Assembly: GCF_000150275.1 (NCBI RefSeq)
Contig: NW_002060945.1
Location: forward strand, 1,306,199 to 1,370,198
Direction: 5' to 3'
DNA from: Trichoplax adhaerens
Lineage: Eukaryota > Animalia > Placozoa
Length of the DNA: 64,000 nt
The stretch's first letter is position 1. Each line of letters opens with the position of its first letter. A model generated the notes under the pieces. The model was not told where the DNA came from and did no database searches. It was given only the letters and a program-made list of their open reading frames with translations. A program made the translations under genes and the position numbers. Positions 37,555-51,050 of this stretch are shown here, in pieces.

Positions 37555-40500
37555 CTAAATTTAGACAAAACAGAAACACGTTGAGTATAACAATAATTTT
37601 TAGCCTACCGGAATATTAAAAAATAACACTAATATCATAAGACCAGAACATCGATAGTGATTCTTTCCATCATTATAAATTAAAACACAAGATTTATGAA
37701 ATAGGATATTTCAACCCTGGACGACTATCGGATCTTATTCTAGCAATACCGGATTACTTGTAACTATCAGTTACGGTTAAATACAATCCCGATTTAAAAC
37801 TACCAACAGATCGGCTAAGAAAGTTTTAATAATGAAAATGTAAATGTTTCTTCCCTAACTTCAATACAACTAAATATTAAGGTATTGGTTTTTTTATTTT
37901 ACTATTGTATTACTATCATGGTTCACATCAACACATCAACTTTCATTAGCGATTTAACATTAACAATAAAATTAATTATAATCTAGTGCGAATAGAATAT
38001 ATTTATACATCAATAGGACAAAAAGTTAGCGATGCTATCTTTTACTCCAACAAAATATTAAAATAACACGAATTCAAATTTAAGACCGCTGTAGTTCTAG
38101 TTCAATAGATAAGATTGTAAATCTTTTACGTTCGAATACAAGATTTCGGACATTAAAATATCGTTATGATAATTAAATGTACGATTCATGTTAGCGTAAT
38201 TTGAGTCTTGATTATATGATGAAAAATCTTGCCATGTGTGATATGATGAAATCAGATAAATGGTACAGTACTGACTGTACTGTAAAGTATACCGTAGTGC
38301 TGTATATGATATGCGATATCAACCAATAATTATAATTTGAAACATATATTATTACATATTGACTTTAACGATACAGTAGAGCAGCAATTGAGTAAATAGA
38401 AAAGTTTGTCTACGCTCAGTCATAATGACCAAAATAACACAGCCGAGGTAGTAATAGTACTTGTGTATGGTTGATGAGAAAAGAATAACCACCGGAAAAA
38501 GTTATTTTACCAATTCGGCAATAAACAAAATCCTTTTAAATTAGTACATAATGCATATTGTGTTCGATGCCTGTTATAGAATTGAGTTGCCTAGAAGAGG
38601 CAAAAGAAAAGCTCTATAGAATTGCATTTGACATTTCGTAAATAGATCTTTGTCAAATACAATCGTAGATTTTGATATCCTTTCTAGGAGAACGTAAATC
38701 ACTATTTAATGTTGCGTCAAATTAGAAGAATTGCAAGATTTATAATCTTGTAACAGTGGAAAGATTGTTATTGAGCTCATTAATAATATTAAATATATGA
38801 TTATATAAAATAAAGGAGCACTTCTTTATTTAATTATCAACAGTTCTATCATGCTGTATAGCTAACAGGAAACAACAATGTAAAATAATAGCTATCTTTT
38901 AAGACTACCACATAACAACTACGTAAAATGTACGCTTATACTACATAAGGTACTGATAAACTAGAGATATTTCTTAATAAATTCGTTAAATAGATTGTAT
39001 ACTATAGCTGATTAATTATAATTATCAGCAGTGTACTAAATACTACCATTCAATATGCCAAGCTACGATAAGCACTAGACATACATACAGTATTTACTCC
39101 TCTACCTGGTATAATACGATTTAACATGGTAATATTGTCATCAAGTCATTTCCTGAAACATTTATATAGGAGATTAAAAAAATTAAACGACTAGGAAGTC
39201 AATCATTTGAGTTCCTTATTTTGCTACTGCTTATTATTGACTATGATAAGACGATTAAAAAAATATTGTATTTAAACACAATAATTATAATGAATTTTAA
39301 TTACTAATGATGCAATCAGGGACTATTACTGCATAATATGATATCGGAAAGATACCGTGCTTCTGTTATTATTGCAGTTATTTAAAGGTTATGAGAGGTA
39401 GTAGAGATTTTTAAAAAAATAAATTAATCTATTGTTACGTCTGAAATCATCACAAAATTTCTTGACGTAATAGTGTACGTAAAATATGGTACAACAGCAA
39501 TTTCATATCTCTAATAATAATTAATTCCAATTAACTGGAAGCTACTTTTAAATTTAAAGTAAGGATAATACACCAATTTATGCAGTTGAAGATGAAAAAA
39601 TTTTTCCTCTAAAGTCTATACTTGATCCCATTGAATTTAACTGATGGTCATTATGGAAGTAAACACGATGAATTTACGACCTAGGTATGAAAAGTTAATC
39701 TAAATTGGGACGTTGTAATCATTGTCAGAAAACAGAATTAAGTACAAATAAGTGGTTGATATCAGAAATTATAGTAGCAACTATGACTGGGGGGAGGGGG
39801 CACTACAAAATTTTAATCCAAAAGAATTATAATATAATGAAAATAAGCAGATCCAATAGAGTTTGAAATCTTAAAGAGTGGTAATCTTACGACTTTCATT
39901 CTATAATAGTTATAATCAATTGACAAGCCGAGACTGATACGCTAGTGAAAGCTATGGTTAAGGATTTCCGATAAAAACTACGCGTATAATTAGATTTTCT
40001 CGCATACGTCTTTTACCATTAGGAAGCTAGAAAAATATGGATTAAAATGTTCACGATTGAAACGACTGAAAGCACTGAATTATACGATCGATATAATTCC
40101 TATGTGACGATAATAAATCTAAATAACTCTTACAGTCGAACGAAGTACTAGGCCAGTAGAACGTATATGTAGAAGTATTTACAGATCGAAGATGGCATCG
40201 ATGATCTCCGTTGTTGTCCATTTCTATCTAACAGTAGAAAATAACGGGAAAAAAGACCACTTTCTGATTGGGTATTAAAAGAACTTTCGGTTAAGGACCA
40301 ATAGTCTAGTGGGTTTTTTCTTTTTACTCAGAAGGCAGCAATATTACCACTTAATTTTTACGATGGTAATTGAAAATACTCTTACGTTTTACCGATGCCA
40401 AAGTTAGAATTAAGAACTAAATGATGGGGATGATTAATCAGGTTGCAATCGTACTAGTAATCAGATCAGTTGCTCATCGTTTTATAATAAGCTAGCCCGA

Positions 40501-42447
40501 TAAAATACTGGCATTTTTGAAGAAAGAAAAAACATGCAGGATGTGCAGCCCAAATTACCAAGATAGGAAAGTCAATCAGTATAGCACGAGTTCAATAATT
40601 AATATAACAGTAATAGCATTTAGTCAAGTTATGTAACAGGCGTTGAGACAATTACTTGGCAATTGAGGAATTAAGAAAAATGAGTGTCAATTTTGGTATT
40701 GGATTTTCAACGTTCTACGAGTATAAATTGTAAGGCAAAAAGTATGAAAAAGTAAGGGTATCGATTTGGAATGGATCGAAGTCTTTTCGTAAATTCTTCA
40801 AGTATATTAATGCAGTGCTTCTCATTAATCAATCCTTCAACGACGCTTGATTAACCGCCAACAAGTTGTAACACACATTTATCCTTTACATTACTATAGT
40901 GCATTTAACTGTAGATGAATTTTATTCAAAATATACCCACTCGACAAAATCCAATAACAATTGCTGTAATAAGTTATACTTCATTGAAACGTAATAAATT
41001 CAAATAAGCCAAAGGTATAGTGGGTTTTCTTGAACAACATAGCGCGTATACTGTACGCTGTAGCGAAACTGCTGTAAATGATCGATAATTTATACGTATA
41101 TTAAATAGATTTTGTCCGACACGATCTCGATGTCATCGATGAATTAAAGCACCAATAAATTGGTGAGATGCACTTGACAAGATTGTATTCGACTGGTGTT
41201 AATTTGGATTGACTACGGAGGCAAAAGCTACTACTATTGAGATGCGAAAGAAACGTTATCTTCTCCCGATTGTATCTGTTCACCAGTGTTGATCACTGCT
41301 GGAATATTACTAGTATTCAAAGATGGAATAATAGCAAGACAAGCTTATTTACAGCTTTCAATATAGCAATTATGGTGTAGAATATTGCTCAAACGTCATA
41401 AATTGTCAATCGCTGAATGTAACGGTTATCTACGTGTCCGCAAAAAATGAAACCCAGCAGGGGCAAACCAATGAAAGGTTGCTCGACGTTTGACAGTTGT
41501 AATTGAATTACTAGCATGTGCTTGCATCAATGCAAGTTATTTACTCATTACCCAATCATCATCATTGGACTAATTTGCACCCAAAACAACACAAGTCTAA
41601 AGATCGTTTACATCAGATACACATTGCATATTTAAAAGCTTGTCTAGCTTCGCCATGTCCTACAAAGCATCACAGTAGGTTAATACCCTTGACTTAACAA
41701 TTTTAGAGGTTTTCTATCTATGGCGAATAGCTAGCTTAATTCACTTCAAAAGTCATTTTATATACAATCTAATTTATGGCAACATATGCATTGCCAAGTA
41801 GAATAATATGACGCTAAGTGTTGAGTGATAGGTCTTATTATAATCAAGCTACAACTGGAGTAAAATCAATAACGGTAAATGAAAATTAATGGCCTAGCGT
41901 TTGACTCATGAATAATAATTTGTACTAGTTAAGTATTTAGCATGTAATTTATCAAGACACTCAAGTCTTAATTCATGTAAAAGGGTTGTTTCTTTACGTT
42001 TGCAAAATTGTGCTTGAGTGTGGACATGAATATCTATTTCAAGTCTTGTGTTTTTAACATGCTGCTAGATAGTCTATCCTTATCCAATAAGCACATTCAT
42101 TTACAACATTGATGCAAAGTACTGTATACCAGCGACAAAGCTATTTATCAGTTAGTCTAGCTTATTGTAGCGTTATTGGAGATTGCCTACATGCAAAAAG
42201 TGAGAGACCCATTGGAAATGCATTTAGCAGCTTACGTAAGGTGTGTTAAAATTATGCACTAATGAATGAATTCATCAACTATGATCACTTGTATGAAATA
42301 TAGCCAGTATCTCTGGTCAGTAAGTCAGTACCTAGCTAAGCATCAAAAAGTAGCTGTTATTACAATATGCCAAAAGAGAAGTTAACCATTTTGAAAGTGG
42401 CCTCCTATTCCTCAGTCATTTGTTGATATTCCATGCTTATTAATCAA

Positions 42448-42720
42448 TGCAATAAAATCGATTTTTATACACTTTACTGTAGTATTCTATTATTATGATA
42501 GGTAAATGCAAATAAAATCGATTTATTCGACACTCTACTGTCGTATATTACTGAAGTACACAGCATGAAGATGTGTTGGATCGTACTTAATTGAATGGTT
42601 GCAATAAAATCGATTTACTCTACACTCTACTGTCGTATATTACTGAAGTACACAGCATGAAGATGTGTTGGATCTTACTTAATTGAATGGTTGCAATAAA
42701 GTCGATTTTACAGTCTACTG
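42448..42720. repeat. 92-bp tandem duplication plus partial copies
   Basis: aataaaatcgattt...cactctactgtcgtatattactgaagtacacagcatgaagatgtgttggatc occurs at 42511 and 42603, with partial copies at ~42450 and ~42695. Confidence 0.9.
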
Positions 42721-44055
42721 AGTCTGTCATTCATAAAGAAAGATTTTACTGGTTTATGAATTGATAATTAAGTAGTGTTACTTTACCCACATATACCAAC
42801 ATGGTCATACTTCGCTATGTTTCTACAAGGTAGGCAACTTTAATCTCGATGTCTTATTCGATATATATGCATTTGATGCAATTCAATCCAGCAGGAATAC
42901 AACACAGTATCCTCGCTTGCAAATAAATCACCACTACTGATACGTGTTGCACGCATATAGAGTACATGAATGCATGATATGTTCCATTCTTCAACTTCTA
43001 ACACCGAAGAGATCTATCCATCTTTGAAAAATTGGATGCTTATTCACAAATTGACAGTGATAATACAGATGGATACCTTGTCTATCTGTAAGTTAAGCCA
43101 GACATTGCTATTGACGAATAGTACGATAGGAATAATGTAGTGAAAACTACTGCACTTTCAACTGACGACAGTAGCAACTTTAGGACAAGGTAGACCAACT
43201 TGGAAGGTCTTATACCAGAGGCAAGAGTATGGTAAAAAAAAGTGGCCCTGTTGAAAAAGTCAGTCCAAATGCCAGTTGAAAAAGTACTTCACCGTCAAGT
43301 TTGAATGTCATTTTGGCAGAGGCAAGAGTACTTTACCAATGGACGTATTCAGCAAGAACGAATTGTGCTCTATAGGAACATCACTAGAATTTCACGCGCA
43401 TTCTATTTACTCACTAGAAATATTCACTTTCAATACCGATATTTACAGTGATAGCTTGGTTAAAATTTTCGGGAAAAGAAAGCTAGACGTGGCTGATAAC
43501 AATCCCAAAAGTAAGAAATCATAGCGTTTGTGTTGATCGTTACCACTATTATAGAATTAATCCTCTTCAAATAGTGAATATTGGACGAATACCACCCTGT
43601 CAAATGGTGCTTGTACTTAATTTCTTCCATCTCTTGGACATGACGACTACAGTACTACTGTTCGCATACACCTATGGCATTCCTCTATATCCTCTCCAGT
43701 ACAATATAGTTTTAAGGTAGCGCGAGCAGACAGTAGCAAGTCATTATGCGGATCAAACCACTGCCCAATTTAGCATATTGAATTCTCCATCATTAGAGTT
43801 TCAACGCTTTCAATTCTCGTCCTAAAATCAGTCGCACTTGCTTATCGCAGCCATCAAGCTTAGCGGTCATAAAAGGATGTATAGGATCAAGAGAACAATA
43901 TCGTAAAACAATCTAAAATGGTGGGAAAAAAATGGTCTAGTAGGATTTGACAGCACTGTGTACCTACTGCTTGTGTGTTAAGGACTATAGTCGACGCAAT
44001 CATGTAGTGTTATGACAGTGGAGTACAAAAGTCTGATCTATTCTTGGTCTCCCAA

Positions 44056-46300
44056 CTACTTGCTGTATAAGATAAAATATAAATGAAAGTCTAAAGTAAC
44101 AGAGTGGAATGAAATGGTTATGCAGACTACAAAGTATATCAAACAGTAAGCTAATGGATTGATAAATTCACTTTTCCCTAATGTTAACTTCCCTACTGGT
44201 TTTCCTTCCTTGACCCATATGTAAGATGTGAATACTGTCCCAATCACGATGGGGTACACGCACTCCACTGTCCATTTTTATTGACAACTCGATGCCATAC
44301 TGAGCATCTTTTTAACAGCGCCATAACACTAATCCCCAACTACATTATAGGATAGTATCAAACTATCCAACTTGCTTGGTTATATTGATTGACATCATAC
44401 AAAATACTATTTGATTGAGTTATGTATGGTTCCATAGGCAACGCTGAAAGCAATGTTTTCAATGCTGCCATGCAGTGCAACAGCAGTGGTTGAAAGTGCA
44501 AAAGTCCTTTTAAACCTCGTATGGACACAATAATCAATTTTACTTGCATAGTAATCCATTATTTTTTTATACCTTCTTGGAAGAGATTGATGGCCAACAT
44601 CAAGTCTTTCTACAGTAATAACACTGCTACTATGAATGCGACTACAAAAATTACCCACGGAATAATCGATTAGACGCATATGAGTTATTACTATGCAAAG
44701 GATTTCCCGCTCCAGTTAGCCATAAGTATTCTGTTTTAGGTACTTGAATGCATAAAATTGATGGACAGCATTACAATCTACTGTTGGGCATACAGTACCA
44801 ATAATAACAATAATCATAATATTATTACGCCATTGCTAACAAGAAGAAAACAACAAAGTCGATTATACGTTGACAATTTAAAGCCTTGTACTCTTTTTTA
44901 ATAATTGCGCGTTGACTAAAATTGGCCATGAATATAGATAGCACTATCATGCTAAGTCATAAGCATGCTGTAACGGTACTAGGCTTCATCATAATATGGA
45001 TAAATAATTCTACCAAGCGGGGTCCCTCAAGACACCGCCAAAAAAAACCACTATGCTTTAACTTGATAACGCTACAAAGAGAGAAAGTACTGATACTGAC
45101 TCTATCAAAAAAGTGGCATCGTTGTCGTTGGGAGGGATACATTTTAAACGTAGATGATTGGATATTATCATTGCAGATAGGTTATTAGTTCAACATCATG
45201 CGTAACTCGTCTACCATGAAACCAATCGTTCTATCAACGGCAAAAAAGAAACAAGCGTTTCTCATCATTTCGTCATGTTGGTACAGTTCAATTGCATTAT
45301 TATCCTTCAAAGCCAACAGGATACAGCTGCAGTATTCTATTAAATTGATTTTTTATCTTGGGAATAATTTGCTTGATAAATGGTTGAAATGTAGTCAAAT
45401 CGAAAAACGCTATAGGTGTGTAATCATTAATTTCAAGTTGCGACCATCCCATCGCATTGATGTTTTTCAACTATTGGACAGTACTGTAGTTGTAGTCTAT
45501 CCTAGGTCATACTGGTAAGTATGCTATGGGTGAATTGATAGTACAATTTGCATCTTCACTACATTTTTATCACATGTTCAGTTGTTACAAGGCCATCTAG
45601 TAAGTACAGGAAGTGCTTATTACACTATAAGTTGTATCATGACTTGAAAGAAACCTGCAATGCTTGTATATCCCACGATGTGAAGTAATATCATTTTCTC
45701 ATGATGGGTTATAAAAATAAAAAAATGATCAATTCAATCCCTCTCCGTACTCTACTGTACTACTGCAGAACAAGCATCATTTTGCCGATATACACTATTA
45801 TGATCAAGATAAAAATCGTGGAGATGGCAAATAATTGAACATTAGACTTTCATACTACAGTAACTGCAATTTGTACGGCATAACAGCGTGCAGTCGATAT
45901 TGAAGGGCAAATAGCAGCCAAACAGTGTTGTAGTCTCTCTCCTATGTTGCTATTTTGTGAACACCGTGCATGACAGTACACTACAATAATTATAGATTAC
46001 ATAACAATGATATTGTATAATTAATTAAAAGTGAACATGGATGAAATATTAAGTAAAATAAGTTAGTAGCTTTAAAATAATAACAAATCCCCCATATCTA
46101 CACCTATAGTACCATAGGCAAGAAAGGTTAGCAGTCTACTCACCCATGTCGAAGGGCCGCTACCGACTTGAACTGTGATTCGAGGAGCTTTTTTAATCAC
46201 TTGAATGGCGATAAAACATGGACAAAGTGTTGTCGCTGCAGTTGTCGATTCTAGCCGGGCCAGTATCCAAGATGGACTAGTCCAATACACAGTACGTCAA
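44056..46300 (-). pseudogene. Decayed LRR-containing class A GPCR (LGR/GRL101-like) pseudogene
   Basis: Minus-strand remnants in order: LRR-like LKKLLESQFKSVAALRH followed by a gtgagt donor (~46144-46200), FNHLSSKLF/LALKDNNAI, hinge-like FSLC, hydrophobic TM segments, SVITVERL (TM3 ERx motif as in LGR LTVITLER), IVIGTVFT (TM6-like) and INPLAY (NPxxY). Several stops and frameshifts. Confidence 0.5.
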
Positions 46301-47269
46301 CAAATATCGTTGCACGTAAGCCCAATAATTTCTATATACAGTCAAAAAGGGGGGAAAAAAAAAAGATTTACAATCTTGAACGCTTGCTTCTCCTGCTCTT
46401 GATGTAGCAAAATAATTGATTATCCGATTCGTACAGTATGGTGTCAAGCAGTGGAATACGCAGAGTAAAGTAGAAAATTACTGTTGGGTACTCGATGGAC
46501 CGCAACAGATGCAAAGAAAAAAAAAAGTGCCAGCCGCTGTCCATTCTCAATAGAGTGGATGAAATTTGGACCTAGACAATTCTCCAGTACAGTATAATTT
46601 TTGCGGTCATGGTCTCTACTCACTGCTCAGTCAACTTGGATCAAGTAGTTGTGCCAACCGACTAATTTGGCCTTTGCAATGTCTTGCATCAGTAGACTAA
46701 AAGTGCATAGTATCAGTAGAGTAGAGTAGAGTACAAGATGATTTTCTATCCTGTACAACTTGACGCTATCCATCCATCAATTTTACTCTCCAGTAGCACA
46801 CCAACTGCATTCAAAATAATATTCCAGCAAACGCATGCACTACTACATTACTGTGTACCTTTTCTAAGCGATTACCTATTCAATTCTATCCAATTTACGG
46901 CACAAGGGATTTCCGATGTTGCAGCTACAACGACGTTGTCAAGATTTCAATCTTCTCCTGTACTCTAGCAAGGTAAAGGAATTGGATTCCAAACCTGAAT
47001 TAATTAATTACTAAGCAGAATCATGAGAGTGACTTTACCAACACTGTGGCCTGTGTATGTGACCTACAGTACAGTAAAAGGTCCGGTACCAGTTGGGCTT
47101 ACAGTACAGTACACTAGAGTCTCTTTAAAAAAGGGTCTCTACTATACGTTCAGGACAGTGTACGGACAGGGTGCTTACGATCGCAGATGCTAACACCTAC
47201 CTCTTGACTCAGACAGTATTAAACCTACACTCTACTGTACTCTGCTCTACTCTCCGCTGTACTCTACTA

Positions 47270-48110
47270 TACTGTACAATTTTTTTTTTTTTGGGGGGGG
47301 GGGAACCTACTGTACTGACTGTGTGTTAAGTTTTCATCTATTTTATTTGGAATTATTTTATTTTTATTTCAAGTCTTGGGCTTTGGTATTGATTACACAC
47401 CTACTACTGCTTCAATACTGTAGTAGTGGACACTGTACAGCACCGTACATACGATATATGTACTCAGTACGGACTTGACCGTAGGCTCCGATAAAACATA
47501 ACCCGAACCCGAAAAACCCGATCAAATTGTTGATTTTCGAAGCCGAAATGACTGCAGTCGCTATGGAAATTCTGAACCCGAATCCCGACCTCGAGTCGGG
47601 TCGGGTTTGGGGCTGACTTTACAGTATACACTCTTCTGTACTATAGCGCACTACAGTACAGTACTATCTGAGAAAAGGTACAGTACTGACAGTATTCACC
47701 CTACTGTACAGTACAGTACAGTACAGTACAGTACTCTACAGTACTGTACTCTACTCTCCACTGTAGCTACTGTACAGTGTACAGTACTGTACAATTTTTT
47801 TTTGGGGGGGGGGACCCACTGACTGTGTCTGAAAGTGTCTGAAAGTTTTCTTTTTTATTTTATTCTATTTATTTTATTATTTCAAGTCTTGGGCTTTGGT
47901 ATTGATTACACACCTACTACTACTTCCATGGTAGCAGTAATGGACTGTACATAGGATATGTGTACACAGACTCCAGAGTCCGTAAAAACATAACCCCAAC
48001 TCGATCAAATTGTTGATTCTCTAAGCCGAAATGACTGCAATCGCTATGGAAATTCTGAACCCGAATCCTGACCTCGGAATCGGGTCGGGTTTCGGGCTGA
48101 CTTTACCGTC
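47270..48110. mobile_element. Duplicated ~340-bp MITE-like unit within (TACAG)n/(CTGTA)n microsatellite
   Basis: Two copies (~47270-47622 and ~47785-48106) share the polyT-polyG run, caagtcttgggctttggtattgattacacacctactact, cgatcaaattgttgatt..aagccgaaatgactgca.tcgctatggaaattctgaacccga and terminal cgggtcgggttt.gggctgacttt. The duplication is clear; the mobile-element identity is inferred from the inverted aacccga/tcgggtt motifs. Confidence 0.5.
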
Positions 48111-48759
48111 GACTACAGTACTGTACTGTACAGTACAGTATGACATGCTGAATCCACTCCAGTGTACACTATACTGTACTGTAGTAGCGTAACCGCCTAT
48201 CTACGGTGGCTCACAATTGTGGATTTGAGCCACCGTAACTATCACTCCGGCTACGAGTACGAGTACTGTAGTCAGTACTAAACAAATGTTCTTGCTCTTG
48301 TACAAATGCTACCTGATGCCACCACCATGCTACGGATTGCTAGCACAGAAAAAGTGACCATTTTCTTGCCTATTTGTACGAAGCAGAAGCAATGAGACCT
48401 GTAAAAACAGCCAGTTCCTAGAAATATACAGTACTGTACTGTACATCAAAGATTTTCAGATTTGACAAAGTACACTATGATAAACTGTGGGTGTCGTTCG
48501 ATACCCATGCCTATACGACGTCTACAGCACGTTGACACCGTATCCAGTACAAACTTCCTTGCATGCCACATACTGTACTGTACTGTAGAGAGTGCCATAC
48601 GGCGTTTGTGCGCACAATACACGATACGGTAATGAAGCAACAAGTCACAGGGTGGTAGAGAGGAAATGAAAACTCTCACAATCCATCGCACCTGCAAACA
48701 GCCTGTTGCCAACCAGTCATAAAATTGAAATTAATTAAAATACAATCTCTTATTATTTT

Positions 48760-51050
48760 CCAATTGCCAATGAGTCATTATCCTACCACACTTTGCAAGG
48801 AATCGCTGCATACTAGTATAGCCATTATCATATCCCTCCACTTTTATGCTAGATTTTTCTTATAAATGCATATGCAGGAATGGTACTTCCTATATCAAAT
48901 ATGATTACTATCAGACCTCTTCAATTCCTGCCTTGGTAATAATAATCCATCCAAATGCAATAGTGAAATCTGAATGATATCATCCTATTCCATTAATGTG
49001 GGCTTTAATGAACTAATCTAGTATGCTTTTGACCATTTACTCTTTCTTTACTTTCGCTGATATCCAATCGTCACATCAAATCATATTCTTGTATCGAGTC
49101 AAAAAAATGCAAATTACATCAATGCGCATACGAGGATATAGTATTTTATGAATACGTAATGCGTCATAAATGGGTTTAATCAAGGTAAGAAACAGGTTAC
49201 GACACCGGTAAGAGTCATTAGTAAAAAAATTGGATCGATTATCAAGTACAAGTTTAATTTCTTTCCCTAAAAAACCGATCGATGCTACAAGCTTATACTC
49301 TTATCTATTACTATAAGCGATGGATGTATTTATGCGAATGATAAAGCATGAAATCGACAGCAGTATCACGCGCATTATTATAATTATTAGAATCAATGTT
49401 TGTACCCATAAACATGCCAAATGCAATAAAAATGAATTTTTTTTGGTTAACATTTATACTCTTATAGCCACTATCATATAATGATAGTGTTACAGTTATA
49501 TAATAAATAGAATTATTATTTTTATGTCCATTACCTTTCTCTGCCAGGCATAAAACCAATGTGATATGAATAGAAATTAACGAATTTTCTTGATTTTGAA
49601 TAAGTTCGAAATTTATTTTTACTTCCAATTTTATTTCGCATCCTTGGCCATGTATATGACAGTCTTAACCAATTTTGGCTACTCATACTAAAAGTGTTAA
49701 CTTCAAGTTGTGAACTGTCAGTGGTATGTTTGCAATAGATTACTGAAAAGTTATACTGTACTTCTAAATTGTATTAGTGCATTCTATACGAGTATACCTG
49801 CTGTAATGTCGTTCTACTACAAACTAAGCAACAGAATTTAGGAATTCCTTCCTGTGTTATTTCATATTCGATATTCCATGCTCCAAATCTAAGAGAAATA
49901 CAGTCTACTGTAATTCTTCTAATGCTCGTACATAGAACTCCTAGCTGTATTATTTCATACTCGGTATTCTATGCTCCAAATCTAAGAGAAATACAGTCTA
50001 CTATAATTCTTCTAATGCTCGTACATAGAACTCCTAGCTGTATTATTTCATACTCGATATTCTATGTTCCAAATCTAAGAGAAATACAGTCTACTGTAAT
50101 TCTTCTAATGCTCGTACGTAGAACTCCTAGCTGTATTATTTCATACTCGATATTCTATGCTCCAAATCTAAGAGAAATACAGTCTACTGTAATTCTTCTA
50201 ATACTCATATACATATTATGAATAAACTATTTTACCATCAATGGCTCGTAATTGTAATACAAGTGTAGATAGAAATAAGATAGTCAAAGAAAAGTTAAAT
50301 TTTTACCTATAATAATTGAAAGTTTATCGCATATAATTTAAATGTAAAACGTATAGCAAATCGAATCTAATTGTGTTTGAATTAATGCCGTTCAAAATGA
50401 TCTTTGTGGCAAATTTTGATGTAACATGTTTTTCAAGAACAGCGAATGACTATACAGTTTGGGCGACAATTTTATTATGGCAAAAGTCATGAAAGAAGCC
50501 TACAGTAGATCCAATCGAAAATGCATAAATAAGATTTATGCTATTAGTGATAGAACGAAGAATGAATTATTCACCTAAGAATAAACACCAATGTTCTAAT
50601 TTAATCTCCTTTAAAGTTTCTATGTCCTTTTTCAGACAATACTCCTGTGTTCCAGGTGCTGAAATGAACTGTCTACTATGCCACTGACATTAATTCCTGT
50701 CAAAAAATTAGGAACGAATAATTTTATAATAAATATATAATTCCTATGCTGTATGATATCGATAGCAAGTGTCTGTAGTAGCATTGTTACTCTGGGTGTC
50801 TCTATCTACAGCATAGGCGTCTCGATGCTTGGCTTACCGAACAAGGCGTACAATTGTACATTGTTGACGGTGTAATTTTGTGACTTAGAGAAATTTCATT
50901 TTTCCATTGATTAAGTATTGTCAATGTTATTCCTAATATTAATGTGGCATAGTCTCAGGATAGTAGCATTACCAAATATTCTGACTTTCATGACAGTCAT
51001 ATTTGGATGTTGTCTCCATTTGAATAGCTGTCGGACGCCATAATCATCAT
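48760..51050 (-). pseudogene. Possible second LRR-GPCR relic, interrupted by a 93-bp tandem array
   Basis: Minus-strand IFGNATILRLCHINIRNN, DSSFQHLEH and HDFCHNKIVAQTV*SFAVLEK are LRR-like. Downstream are hydrophobic segments in ORF 49311-49628 and LIVIIFDIGSTIP (TM6-like). Very degenerate. Confidence 0.3.
49845..50210. repeat. 93-bp tandem repeat, ~4 copies
   Basis: ccaaatctaagagaaatacagtctact recurs with a 93-bp period (49881, 49974, ...). This explains ORF 49922-50221. Confidence 0.95.

Noticed and set aside
39100-41300. Candidate 5' exons and promoter of MAP3K2/3
   Set aside because: Several exon-like segments exist, but none matches the MEKK2/3 N-terminus well enough to call without transcripts.
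47607-47822. ORF with TVQYS repeats
   Set aside because: Translation of the (TACAG)n microsatellite.
49922-50221. 99-aa repetitive ORF
   Set aside because: By-product of the 93-bp tandem repeat; no splice or homology support.
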